A stretch of DNA of 64,000 nucleotides from Piedraia hortae CBS 480.64 (Eukaryota). The stretch lies in NCBI GenBank assembly GCA_010093745.1, contig MU006013.1:1-64000 (forward strand), in the 5' to 3' direction. The notes below the pieces were generated by a model that did not search any database, was not told where the DNA came from, and saw only the letters and a program-made list of their open reading frames with translations. Below are positions 46,236 through 58,800 of the stretch, in pieces. The number at the start of each line of letters is the position of its first letter. Positions within the stretch are counted from its first letter, which is position 1. The translations under genes were made by a program, and so were the position numbers.

Positions 46236-48032
46236 ATGGCTACGATACCTCTTGGTCAGTACATCTGGGCGCGGATTCACCAGTGTGGCATAAACCACGT
46301 ATTTGGTGTACCTGGTGATTTCAATCTGACACTGCTTGATCACATCGAACAGGTATCGGGGTTGCACTGGGTAGGCAACACCAACGAGTTGAATGCTGCC
46401 TACGCTGCGGATGGATACGCTCGGGCGCGTGACGGTGCGGGATGCATCATCACCACGTACGGTGTGGGCGAGCTGTCTGCCCTGAATGGCATCAGCGGCT
46501 CCATGGCCGAGCACGTAAAGGTAGTACACGTGGTCGGACAGACGGCAATGTCTCTGCAAAACGGCAACAAGATGATTCACCATTCAATTGGTTCCACGCC
46601 GGATCATAGCGTGTTTGCCAGAGCATCCAGGGAGTTTTGCTGTGCCGCAGCCGAGCTTCGAAGCAGCAAGGGTGCCACCGAGGAGGTTGATCGAGTTTTG
46701 CGGGAAATGTTCATTCATTCCAAGCCAGTGTATATCTTTGTACCCACTGATCTTGTCGATGCACCCGTACCAAAAGATGCCCTCTCACGCCCATTGGACC
46801 TCAGTTCACCGCAGGATGAAGGCCAGGTTGAAAAGGCCGCGGCTGCCATATTAGACAAGCTCTATGCTTCCAAGAACCCCGCAATTTTCATTGATTGCCT
46901 CACACGTCGCTATAACGCCGCTGAGGAGATGAAGCAGCTAGTCGATGTTCTGAGCCTTCCGTTCTACACCTCTCCGATGGCGAAAAGTGTCATTGATGAG
47001 ACCCATCCCCAGTATGTTGGAATCCACAATGGCTGGCCTTCAAGCCCAGGTATCCCAGCCGCTTTTGACTCCACCGATGCCGTCCTGCTTGTTGGAGATT
47101 TGCCTGCTGACACGAATACGGGACTTTTCACCCGTAGCATCCCTGCATCCAAGGCTCTCACCGTTGATCCTTGTTGTGTTCGTCTTCCGGATGGCCAAAG
47201 CTTTGAAAAAGTCCCGATGAAAGCTGTGCTAAAAAAGATGATCCAGACTGTCCTAAAAGCCAGACTTCCCACCGTCCCCAAGCCAGATGTGCCTCCTATC
47301 CCGGTCAGGGCAGATCAAAGCTCCAAGATCACCCAAGTGTACCTCTGGCCCGCCATGTCTGCCTTTCTCCGCGAGGGCGATACCGTCTTTGGCGAGACCG
47401 GCACGACATGCTTTGGGCTGGCAGACATATCGTTTCCTCCAAACACATCGTATTTTGCGCAGACCTACTACAGTTGCATCGGCTTTGCCACGCCGGCCGC
47501 GTTTGGGGCAGAAGTGGGTCTTAGTGATTCCGCAAGGCCGACTCGTCCGAAGGGGAGCAGGACCATCCTTATCACTGGAGACGGTAGCCTCATGCTGACG
47601 GTCCAGGAAGTTGGCAACATGATCAAGCAGTCTCAGCTGCAGCCTGGTATCCGTCCGGTCATATTCATCCTGAACAATGAAGGGTACACGATTGAGAGGA
47701 TCATCCACGGCGCACAGATGAAGTACAATGACATCGTGCCTTTCAACTACAAACATCTTCTTCCATTCTTCAACATGGATGAGTCTGCCGCAAAGCAAGC
47801 TTTTCACCGCGCAGAGACTAGGGACGAGCTGGACGCTATCTTGAAACTGGACAGCGTGTGTAACCCGTCTACCGTGCAGGTCGTGGAGATTATCCTCGAC
47901 AAACTGGACGTGCCATGGAGACTTGGCATGCAGATTGCTGCCAGGGGTGAGTGGGCTCTGAAGGAAATGGTTGACGAGGGGTTCAAGCTGCCAGACCACG
48001 TCAGAAACATTTTCAAAACTAACAAAAACTAA
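46236..48032 (+). CDS. Pyruvate/2-oxo-acid decarboxylase (ThDP-dependent)
   Basis: FGVPGDFNL, NELNAAYAADGYAR, TTYGVGELSA, IHH, ETG and the ThDP motif GDGS..LNNEGYTIER. Alternative upstream ATG at 46203. Confidence 0.92.
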   Translation: MATIPLGQYIWARIHQCGINHVFGVPGDFNLTLLDHIEQVSGLHWVGNTNELNAAYAADGYARARDGAGCIITTYGVGELSALNGISGSMAEHVKVVHVVGQTAMSLQNGNKMIHHSIGSTPDHSVFARASREFCCAAAELRSSKGATEEVDRVLREMFIHSKPVYIFVPTDLVDAPVPKDALSRPLDLSSPQDEGQVEKAAAAILDKLYASKNPAIFIDCLTRRYNAAEEMKQLVDVLSLPFYTSPMAKSVIDETHPQYVGIHNGWPSSPGIPAAFDSTDAVLLVGDLPADTNTGLFTRSIPASKALTVDPCCVRLPDGQSFEKVPMKAVLKKMIQTVLKARLPTVPKPDVPPIPVRADQSSKITQVYLWPAMSAFLREGDTVFGETGTTCFGLADISFPPNTSYFAQTYYSCIGFATPAAFGAEVGLSDSARPTRPKGSRTILITGDGSLMLTVQEVGNMIKQSQLQPGIRPVIFILNNEGYTIERIIHGAQMKYNDIVPFNYKHLLPFFNMDESAAKQAFHRAETRDELDAILKLDSVCNPSTVQVVEIILDKLDVPWRLGMQIAARGEWALKEMVDEGFKLPDHVRNIFKTNKN

Positions 48033-48167
48033 GTTCGTCGACCTAGGTACATCGGAGGTATATCGTGGTCTGCTTGTGACATCAGCCATTGGCCGTCTAG
48101 GAGGCACAGGTAAAAACGCATAAAAAGACATGATGGCTAGACTCCGGATTCAAAAAGAAAAACTACT

Positions 48168-48963
48168 CTAACAGGCGCACCCTTCCTTTGACGTTCCTCC
48201 AGACCTCGAATTCAAGTCAATTCTATCGCCAATATTGGTGTTCTGCGTGGCCGAAGACGCTGCCATTCTCGACTCCTTTGGCTTGGCCTCAGGGATCTTG
48301 TGCGCAATAGCCGTGAAAACCTCATTGACGTTGTGTCCTGACTTGGCGCTCGTTTCAAAGAACAGCAACCCTTCCTCTTTGGCATATTGCTCGGCCTCCT
48401 CCCTGCTGACTTTCCGCTTGACCGAGCTCGCATCACCGCCACTGCCTTCTTGGACTTGTGCGTCGCTCTCGTCGCCGCCTTGAGCTGCATCCTCGTCCTC
48501 CTCATCTGCTTCCTCGCAGAGGTCAATCTTGTTCCCTACCATGGCAATGATGATCCCCGGCGCCGCCTGTCTCTGTAGCTCCGCAACCCAGTGCTTTGCC
48601 TTCACCAACGAGGCGGGTTTCATGACATCGTAAACGACCAAGGCCGACTGCGCATTGCGGTAGTACATTGGCGCCAGAGAGGCAAAGCGCTCCTGGCCAG
48701 CCGTGTCCCAGATCTCGAATTTGATCGTCCGCTCCGGCAGCTGGCATTTTTGCGTGAGGAAGGCAGCGCCAATTGTCGGCTCTTTGTTCGCCTCAAATGT
48801 GTCCGACACGAACCGCAGCACTAGAGAGCTCTGTTGGAGGGAGTCAGCGGAAGCTGTCGGCGCCATAGGGAAGCAGGAGGCCGAGGCGTACCTTACCGAC
48901 AGCGGCCTCGCCCAGTAGGACCAGCTTCACGCTGCTGCTGGGCTTCGGAGCAGTTGTCGCCAT
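48168..48963 (-). CDS. VPS21: Rab5-family GTPase Vps21/Ypt51; exons 48963-48892 and 48830-48168
   Basis: [40 protein letters not shown]-terminal CAC prenylation motif. Confidence 0.95.
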
Positions 48964-49546
48964 GTCGATGGTCCTTGTGGTCGTCCGTCGCCGTCGCCAT
49001 TGAGGAATGTGGGGCTGCTGACGTAAGGTGTGGCGCATGCTAAGAACCGGCGTCACTCTGAGCTGCGCTTATTTTGGGGATACGTCAAAAGATACATCCA
49101 AATGTTTCTTAATGTAAGCATCTTTAACATATATCCAGAGTAGTCGGCCTGTACATTGTCTAGGCATCAGTGGGGTTACATGGGGCACATCGCGGCTGTG
49201 GAGATCTTATTGCTAAAGAAAACTCTGGTCAAGGGAATGGAGAGTCGTCACCGCTGGAAACCCTTTCTTTCTTCGAGTGTTGCCTCGGATGTAATAACTC
49301 TTCCTGATACCTCCTTCTCCTGCTGCGACTCGTAGTTAATGTAGTCAGCCTGTGGAATTCATGTTAACGGCTTGCAATACAGCCGAAACACTATCCGCAC
49401 TAATTACTATTCGAGAAGTGTCAACTCTCCATATGCATTCTCGGTCAAGTTGTTACCTCGAGCGGATCGCTCCTTCCAAGAAAGGATGCATCGCACTCCA
49501 AGGTCACGCCAAACACCATGCCAGGTACAGTGTCTTTTAGCTCAGG

Positions 49547-50827
49547 ATGCCTCAACCACGGCCACGATCTTCACGCTCGTTGTTCAAGCAACCACTCCCA
49601 ACAATTGTGGAACAACAATGGGCATCCTCCTCCTCATCCAGCCCACCAACCACAAAGGAGATATATACTCTACCAACATCCAGCCTCCCCAAACGCTCTT
49701 CATCCATCGGCCAGACCGCAAACCCGCCCCCTGAACATCCCGACCGATCTAAACATGAGGCAACCCTCCCAAAGATGATTTTGTCCATCCATCCCGAGAC
49801 TACAACCGTCACGCCGGGCTTCACCATTCGAGGACAGATAAATCTCTCTCTCGCAGCGCAATCCACAGTGACCCATTTCGAAGTCTCTCTCCATGGGACA
49901 GAACTAATTCCCTCGCACGAACCACATACCTTTTTCTCCACCCGGGCCGCGACCCTTCCAGTCCCACGCGGCATGATACAAGTTTTACAATTGCCTTTCA
50001 CCATCCTCGGCACCCTTCTCCCGCGAAACCTACCGCCAACTTTCTTTTCCGAAGTCGTGAACGTGCGGTATACCCTCCACTCCACCGCAATCGTCACTGT
50101 GGATGCCAAAAGCTTCAAACTCCTCGCATCGAGGGAAGTTACTCTCATTTCACCTCCCCCTCCACTGGGAGCTGGCAGCGATGTCTTGGGGAGTCCCACT
50201 CTTGCCTCGAACAAAGGACTTACGGCGCGTTTGGACCGCATCACCTTCCCCACGGGAGGTAATCTACGGGTCCATCTCTCCTTCTCCTCGAAGTGGACCG
50301 GGACCGGCGTGGTCACTCTCGAACTGATCCGTGAGATATTGTTAGGGACGCTTCGTGATGTTGTGGACCGCGGCGTGGAGTCTGTCGTTGCTACTGTCAA
50401 CTACAGCGTGGTAATGGACGAGAGGGATGTTTCGATTACACTGAACCTCCCAAGATCGGGGTCGGGGTTTGAGAGGTTTCCCTCGGGGACGCTCGAGGTG
50501 CGGTTCATTCTTCGGGTGCGTGTCAAGGGTCAGAGGGAAGCTGGAGTTACGCTGCCAGTGAGCTTAGTTGATGTCGAGTCGCTTCTGAGGGGAGAAGGGG
50601 GAGGAACGCTTCGCGGTTCGAGAACTATTGATGGGATCAATCTGGGTGGTGGGAGAGATGTAAGAGCTGTCAAGAGCCTGGATGTTATTGGTGGGAAACC
50701 CGATGGTAGGAAAGAGGCTGTGACTGACGTAAGAGGAAGCGGGAATGGTGGAGGAAGAGATCAACCAAGGGGTTTTTGGAGTTGGGAGAGGTGGAGGGGA
50801 TTGATAGGTAGAGAGCAGAGGCTCTGA
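49547..50827 (+). CDS. Divergent arrestin-like protein
   Basis: 426 aa; beta-sandwich pattern PGFTIRGQINL..FEVSLHGTE..LPFTI..LPPTF..VRYTL, then a second sandwich with FPTGGNLRVHL..LEVRFILRVRV..LPV. Confidence 0.55.
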   Translation: MPQPRPRSSRSLFKQPLPTIVEQQWASSSSSSPPTTKEIYTLPTSSLPKRSSSIGQTANPPPEHPDRSKHEATLPKMILSIHPETTTVTPGFTIRGQINLSLAAQSTVTHFEVSLHGTELIPSHEPHTFFSTRAATLPVPRGMIQVLQLPFTILGTLLPRNLPPTFFSEVVNVRYTLHSTAIVTVDAKSFKLLASREVTLISPPPPLGAGSDVLGSPTLASNKGLTARLDRITFPTGGNLRVHLSFSSKWTGTGVVTLELIREILLGTLRDVVDRGVESVVATVNYSVVMDERDVSITLNLPRSGSGFERFPSGTLEVRFILRVRVKGQREAGVTLPVSLVDVESLLRGEGGGTLRGSRTIDGINLGGGRDVRAVKSLDVIGGKPDGRKEAVTDVRGSGNGGGRDQPRGFWSWERWRGLIGREQRL

Positions 50828-51949
50828 GTAGTTGTAAATTTGAAAGGGAAGCGGAATTAGGTTTGTTTTGGATCAAACATATTTCAACCCTAGAGGAGGT
50901 TTGGCATCGCACAAGAGATCTGATCAAAAAGCAAGCAGATCATTCAAACCAGTGAAGATATCCTATGACTACAACGCCTTCAAGAGATATCTCGCTTCCC
51001 TTCTTCCATGGTGGCATTATGCATCAATTTTCACGCCAGAATGTAACTAGCGACTGTGATGTTGATTCTTGCAACTTGGCGGTGGAATCTCTGGCTCCTG
51101 TTTTCTGGTCAAAGATCTGTTACGAACAGTGTGGCACTCAAGGCCAGAATGGAATTACCACTGTGTAACAAGTCAGAAATCATAGAAACACGGTTTACTC
51201 GTGTTTTATCTGATTGATGTTTTGTCCATGTACATACCGTAAGAACGATTGTAGTCTCATCCATCGTTCAGAGAGATTTTGATACTTTTTATCCCACTTA
51301 GGATGCGACATGCCATCTCACGAGAAGTATTTGTCATCTCTGAGACACCTCGCCGTGCATTTAGAGTATACATGCACCGGAGAACCGCGGTGGCTGAAGA
51401 GCCTTCAAGGTCGTACACTGCATCTTCAAATGAATTGAAGAGATCACAAGGTCAACCAAACCTGACATTAGCCTGGGGAAGTGGGGTATATATACACCAC
51501 CAAGCAGGGCCGATGTTGTACCGAATTTCAGCCGCGATGCGTGCCTGCCTAATCTGGATGGACCCGCTTTCAACATGGATTCTCACCCTTTTTGAGTAGT
51601 TACAATTTCCCTACGCTTAGTGGAAGCTGTTATGAACATATATGAAGCCATTGGTCCCAAACTCTAATCTGCGATGGAGCGGGGGTTTGAGTAGTCATTT
51701 TACTCATATGTACACAGTGCTTCCTAGAACGATGCGCCATAGATCTTTTTGCATGCAGCTAGCATGAATTGCGACAGCATCTCACATCTCACGCGATTAA
51801 ACTGGACTGGTCGCTTTTAGAAGTAGACAGGATACAAAATTTGCAGACGGTATCGAAGGTGCGCTGAGGATGTGCGCATGATTTCTATAGGTATATTCGT
51901 GCCAAACCCTACACGGCGATGTGAATGAGCTCATTTGCAGCCAACATAT

Positions 51950-52570
51950 GCGTTACTGGCAAGTGGTCGACGTGCATGCATCTCCCACCGACCCATCGCT
52001 CATCTCGCAATGCAATTGAGGAACGGTGAACTTATCGACGTCATAAAACAGCCGAAGATACCCCAGTCGGCAATTCTCTGCTCCACGCGCCATTTTCTTC
52101 GGCGTTTCATTCTGTTCTTCTCCTTCATCGTCAATCTGACTAGCAAAATACATCGATTAAATTTGACTTGTGCCATTGCGATGTCCTCGGGGCTGGCATC
52201 CAGGTCTTCATCACCCGAAAGGTGATTGAACATCAACTCGCTTGCATTACGGCCACGACGATCGTTGAATCGATACAGCCATCGGAGCGGTTAGGCAATT
52301 GGGCGATAATCTGGATGCGAAGACGCCGCACGGACCACACTTGAGTCCAGGATATGACACGTGCTTGCGGCATGGTGCGTCATTGATGAACCGAGAATAC
52401 TCCATTGGGAAATGCCCACTGCACTCACCATTCTTCTTAGCGCGCCCTGACCTGCTTTTTCTTTTTACATCATGCCACCGCTGATGGAATCCATACGACA
52501 CCTTGGTCTCCCTGTCGTTGATTGCAAATATCGTTGCATAGTCAAGCATAGGTATCACGCACAATGACAT
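51950..52570 (-). mobile_element. Possible decayed Mutator-like (MULE) transposase fragment
   Basis: IFAINDRETKVSYGF (cf. MULE AFA..E..ES.W), PCRKH (CxxH) and WGIFGCFMTS, spread over broken frames. Confidence 0.3.
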
Positions 52571-52671
52571 GAGTCGAACATTTCAAGAGCCTCGCGGGAT
52601 GAATGCATCGAGCACTTATCGCGGCCCTTTACGGAGGTGCACCTAGACCGGTAGCTTTGATCAAGATGATG

Positions 52672-53310
52672 TCCCCAGTTGGTGCGGTCTGTCAGGAATG
52701 AGGCGTCAGTCTCTCCATGACGGTTTCTCTTGAGAACAAAGAGAGGTTCAACCGTTTATGTACCGCGCCACAACCTGACCAAAGCGATACGAGGCAAGTG
52801 CGGCAAATGCGGTCTTTTTTGTACGTAGGCGATAAACGTACAATTTCGGCTACGGCACAAGCGTTGTGGAGACCAAAGTGGTATCGGATCTTGTTTTCCT
52901 CCGGAGTGCACTATACCAGCTTCGCCTTCTTGAACACCAAATTTTGCCACGAGAGACTCATCCAGTACGTATCAGCTCTGCATCACTTTTCGACAGATAC
53001 TAGTGTTCGCGAGGCGATGCCGTTCCGCCATTCCACTGCTGGCCACCTCGCGGATGAGGTCCTTGACCTCCTGGAGGATTTCGCGGCAGAAGCAATGACG
53101 GTCGATGTAGAGGCCGCTACGGCACATGTTGAGCGCGAGCTTCGCGAGCTGCTCGAATGTTTGCTTGTAGACGCTCTACGTTCCTGCCTATGTCGCTGAT
53201 AATCTCTGGGACGATCTGGCCGACATCGCGAGGGAAGCCATGCAGACCGGGTGGCGCGGAGGAAGGGCCACTTCCGACGCAAGCTACGCAAGCTCTTGTG
53301 GGAGGGCATG
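52672..53310 (+). pseudogene. Frameshifted paralog of the 38027 gene
   Basis: High nucleotide similarity to ~37680-38220; ATG at 53017; a deletion near 53180 shifts the frame. Confidence 0.6.
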
Positions 53311-54387
53311 AAGGAGCTTGCGGATGTGGCTGCAGATCTCCTGAGGGAGATGTCGGGACACATCCGGCAAGGCTTCTAGATCACATTTGAGCCATCATCA
53401 TGGCTCGTCTACATCCTTCGTCCAGATTTCTGGTTGAAGAGTTTCTGACATGTATGCACGATCAGGCATTCTCCCGCCGCCTTCACCCGTCGCCCAAATT
53501 CACCCCACCACGATCAGTGCATATCATACGGCTCTGAAGCATAACCCTGGCTATGAACGAACTTCGAGGATAGCAATTTTGCTCACAAGACACATGAACC
53601 AGAGGCCCGCAAGTTCCGGTAACGACACTGTCTGGGGTGGTTATTATCGACATGCACATGGTACTAAAACATACTGAGGCCTTCTGACATGTATGTTCTG
53701 GACCTCCCTCGTCTTTTAGTACTAGTGTACGCTTGTCAAGGCACCGAGTCGAACGATCCGGCCCGGCACAGCAAAAAGCTTTTGCGAGAAATCTTCATTG
53801 TCTTTTTCACCTATGAAGATACGCCCAAATTGAGATGTTTTGGTAACGATTAACAAAATGCTCATCAAATGTGCTCCCTAATGCCCATGACGTGCTTCGT
53901 ATCGCTCTGAATGTGTAGATAATCATAGTCGGTTGTACAACTAGGCACCTGGGAGGAAGCCCAGGTATTGAAACATCGTAGAGACATAGTAGTACTACGG
54001 TGATTGAGAAAAGGTACGTGTCAGAAGTTTAGAGCATGTCACCATAATGTTGTCTTCGTACACCGTGGTTCCAGGGTGTCAAGCCATTGTTGCGTGGTCG
54101 GAGCGTGTCAAAGTCAATAGCGTAGTGCCAGAATCCAATATCATGATAACAGCATAGCGACGTAACGGTATAACAGTGTAACAGCGCTACAACGTTGAAA
54201 GCGCGTATGGCCGTGAGGCTGAGGTTACAATACTTAATCGATTGCATGATACGAATAGAGGTTGCTCCGGAGATAACGGAGTCGTTATAATTGTGCGCGT
54301 TGATGCTGTATAAGAATGGAGTGTTGGTTTCCCCGCTGTTACGCTGTTGTGCTGTTATGCTACCGGTAAAGTCAAGCATTTTGTATT

Positions 54388-55865
54388 TTGGACTGGGTTT
54401 CGTCATTCGAACACCTCACATCAAGAAAACACCCAAGGTACAACAAGATAATCCCTCTTCCCTTTGATATAATAGTTGATATAGCTACAAAGCTGAAAGA
54501 CGACAAGTTCTCATTGCTCAACGCAGTCACGGTGCGCAGGTCATGGAACGATGCATTTGCGCCTTGCCTTTGGCGCAAGGTTCCGCAACAAGCTATCACC
54601 AAGACGAACCCTGGCCTGCGGCAGCACCTAGCGAATAGTATCCACACAATTCGCTTGTGAGATGGTTCCAGCTGAAAATAAGTGATAGTGAACGGGAACT
54701 TCTCACAGCTATGAAGCTTGTCCATTACTTTTGAGGCAGATATCTGTTCGATTTGGCGAGATCTTAATCACACACTAGAGCGTCTTTTCAGCCTTTTCTC
54801 GCGCTTCCGGCCCCTCGGTGCCGAACACTATCTACAACTCTTCGTTGCTGCATGTCCACGATTGCAAACCATCAGAATGATTAAACTTCTGGGTCGGATG
54901 GAAAGCCTACAAACTTTGGAAGTCCATTCCACAAAAGAAAAACAAGTGGTACTAGATTTTATCATGTTGCATTTACCCCAACAATCAAATCTCGAGTGTC
55001 TTAGGATCCTTGGATGCAACCAGACTGATGACCTTGTAGCGATAGTCCCTCGGGCTTTCATGCCGGCTAAGCCAGTTCTGCCCACCATCCGAGTGCTTGA
55101 AATATCTAATGAGATCCTGAATTGGCCAACGGTTTCCGGGCTTGCACACAAACTGCAGACGTTCATGGTCACAGTCAAACACCCGCAAAGCCATTCCGGG
55201 GCTATAAGTACTATGGTCAATCTCCATGAGCTTAAGATTATCGTTGATTCAACTCTCATGATATGGCGCTCATACTGTTCTTCACAGCCAGTTCGCCACC
55301 TAAAATCATTGAAAAAGCTACGAAAACTTGGAATCTGTGAGATGCGCGGCGATCAGGGTCCATTTACTTGATACTGCTGCTCGCAAAATGACTTTACCCT
55401 GAGTGACATATTACCGTCGCTTATAAATCCTCGACAGCTCCATCTTTGGATTGGGTGCAGCCTCGGATTTGAGGTCAATTCGACGCTGGGACACCACTGT
55501 CCCAACCTCATGTCGCTGGCTGGAACGGCTAATGACTTGTTCCTTGTTTGTCAATCATGTTCTGGTCAGCGGATGTTCCCTAACCTCAACACGCTAGCAT
55601 TGTGGTTTAAGAGTCGGATTCGCACCACCTTTGTAAGCTTCTTCGGATACCTTGTGTCTCTACGGAGTAAGTGTTGTGCTGGTAGGACGTTATGGATATG
55701 GCTGGTTCATTCAACAGGGATGATAAGCAGAGATTAGCCTCCGTTGACAAGGCTCTTGAGTTTCACGCACCTGGGCTCAAGGCAATTGTTGTGAAGGATG
55801 AAAATGGGATGCACTCGAATGATTTGCTTAAACTCTTTGAGTATCGGATGAGAAAGGGAACTTAA
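54388..55865 (+). pseudogene. F-box/LRR protein pseudogene
   Basis: F-box pattern LPFDIIVDIATKL..SLLNAVTVRRSWN..LWRKV, followed by LxxLxL repeats (SLQTLEV, NLECLRI, TIRVLEI, NLHELKI, FPNLNTLAL) broken by stops and frameshifts. Confidence 0.65.
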
Positions 55866-58800
55866 AAGAAAGACGTGGCTGTTGGATCTTAAAGAACCTA
55901 ACTGAATGATTGCGAGACTTGGTTCAGAATTTTATAGTGTCGGATAGATGGCGCACGCGAAGGTGAAAACAGTTAGTTCAATCGCAGTCACCTAGGTAAA
56001 CAGAGCAAGACCCAGAATTCGAAATGCTGGGCTCTGTCATCAAATTGAGCTACAATGTGGGGTGTTGCATAAGTGAGATCAAGCGGCTCATAGGTATCAT
56101 GCTGTTATGCTGTTATGGTGCCGCGAATATGCGAATATACCCCCACCACGCTGTCATGCTATTATGCAATTATGCGTCAAGGTGGCTACATACTGATAGA
56201 TGCTGATACCGTGAGTCTTATGAACTTTATGACCGTTACGGAGATTGCTTCTAGTACCGTGACAACAACATTACGATGACTACACGCTGTTTTCAAAATC
56301 TGGAGTTCCTCACAGGCAGTGTTGATGATAACCGAGATGGCAACCCACGCACTGGCCGCTGCGAGGGAACCAGCCCTCATTGGATCAATGGCCCTCATGC
56401 GTATACTCTCGGAGATAGACCTAAATTTTACAGTCGAGACAGCGCATATCGGTCTCCAGAAAGAACACCGAGTGTGTGCCCCCAGATATTTGCGAGTACA
56501 CACCCACACAAAGACGCATATTCCAATAAAAATTCGCTGTGATGCATCATCGGCCGCAGGAAAACTTGGAACGCATCGTGTGAGAACTTCGCTTCTTTGA
56601 AATCTTCGTTGGTCTCTCAGCACGCAGGCTATGATCATGAAATCGCCAGTTAGTCTTGAAGGCTACCGTAGTCTGTCAACTCAGCTTACTGTGATGATCC
56701 TCATTACTCTCATTTTTACACCGCTGCTAACGCAGCTAGAACATGATACAAGGCTGGGGTATAGCAGTCTGAACGCTGGCTATATTTGGCTTTTACATAC
56801 GAAAAGTTTCCTTAAATCACGTAAACATTTTTAATAGATTTTGACTCACCTACGTTGCCATGATTAGTTAGAATTACTCGTTCAAACCGGCAGCTTCCTT
56901 GCTATTGATTTTGGCATTTGAATTGTAATGCCCCTTGATTAGGAATGACGATGAAAGGGATATCGACCTCTCTACAAATGAGCCTATAATCACCTTTTTA
57001 TCCTCCAACCACCAACGACATATTTTGCCTATTCATCAATTTGTTCTTAGTGGCTGCCGCATCTGGTTGCCACCTTCGCCAACATGTACATTGTTCCCAG
57101 ACCCAAAATTTATCAGTTAAAATTCTATCCGTATCCTCAGGACTTGAGTTGAAGTTCTATACCGCTATCGGCCGCCGAGATACAAGATTTTCGACGACTA
57201 GTGCGATTTAGCCGCAAGAGATATGAATCGTGTCTTGAGGTCTAATGTGATGCCATTTCAGTGCCAGAACCAAGAAATGGGTATCGTTGGGTCAGACGTA
57301 TTCCCAAGATAGACGTATATTTGCAAGAGACTAGCTGGTGGATTACCACCTTTGACGTCCTCAGACTGTGCGGGTTCATTTTGAAGATTGAAATCAAATC
57401 ATTCCACAGAAAGCGGTTTATTCCTTCCGCGTTTCAAGTTACAGATCTTTTCAAGATATTGGCAAAGGCACTCGATTTCACTGTATGATGTATGCTTTAC
57501 GTGGCGACTGCAATGCTAACGGCCTGTAGGCAGTTGCACCAATGGATCTGGATGGACAAAGACTTTCTGGGCGAAGATGGAGACGCTCCAGATGCCAAGG
57601 ATGAGAACTTTGCGCCACAGAAGTTGTATTGGACGACTGACATGCTCAAAAAAGGCGTCCAGCTCGCCATCGTGTCGGCAAAAAGAAGACTAGATTCGAG
57701 CCATTCCAGTGAAGTCTCACTTCAGAATATTCCTCATCGCAAGCGACAGGAGACTACAGCAAGTTTCAAAAATCGGCCTCTAAAAGGTTTCAATCATTCC
57801 AGGACGCTCATGGAGTCAGGTTTCCGGGTACTGCACCAGCTGGTTTAGGAATGTAATCTTCATCTTACCTAAATGGTAGATCGCCTCGATATGGCGAGTA
57901 TGCACAACAGAGTAGTGTACCAATTTAAATGAACAAACCTTCTGTCAAATGTTTCCAGTCCGGTTTACCCCTTCCAGAAGTCTGAGGTGATGTGGTTCCC
58001 TTTTAGCCTCAAAGGAAACAAATCGCACAGGTGGCATCAGAAATACTAGAAGGGCAGCCGCCAAAGGCACCCCCGGGTTCGAGGCAATGCCAGTCCAGGG
58101 TCACTTCAACGACACACAGTCTCATCATTCTCAAGGTCATGACCAGCACATCAAGGCGACTATGCCGAATGGACAGCCTTCGACTTTCCCTCCCAGCTCC
58201 GGTGTTTCAAACTGGCCAAGTTTTCATTGAACCAAGTCGCCCTTGCCAGGATTGAACACATCCCATACGTTGCCTGAGCATTACCAAGAAAAGAATCAAG
58301 CGGATCTGGCGATGCAAGAACGTGGGCCTTTAGCTGTTCCAAATGTTGCATCGTCCCAAGTCGAGCAACTGTTCGAACACCCACCCTGGAAAGTTGTTCA
58401 GAAAACCAATCTTCCACATCATCTCCTGCCTGGAAGACAGGAGCAGCTGAATGGTTCTGCTTTGCGAAGACAGCAGCCTTGGCACCACACACCGACTTTT
58501 TAGTATCCCAGAGACTGGGCATTTCCAAACCACCACAAGTGACTTCAGCAAGCAGGAAACGCTCCTACCAGTATCCGAAGTGAGTTTCCCCAAACTCACC
58601 CCGGAATGGTTGGGGAAGGAGGTGCGCAGTCGTAGTATAGCGCGGGCGAGCGATCTCTACATTTTCTCCAGTCCACAACACCTTTGCCACACGACCACAA
58701 GATGCGGACCACACCATCAAATCCAGGATGCCAGAAGCGTTCTTATTTCGCGAATTGAGAATCGGCAACCTCAACAATGATTGGGATGCTATTATGATAG

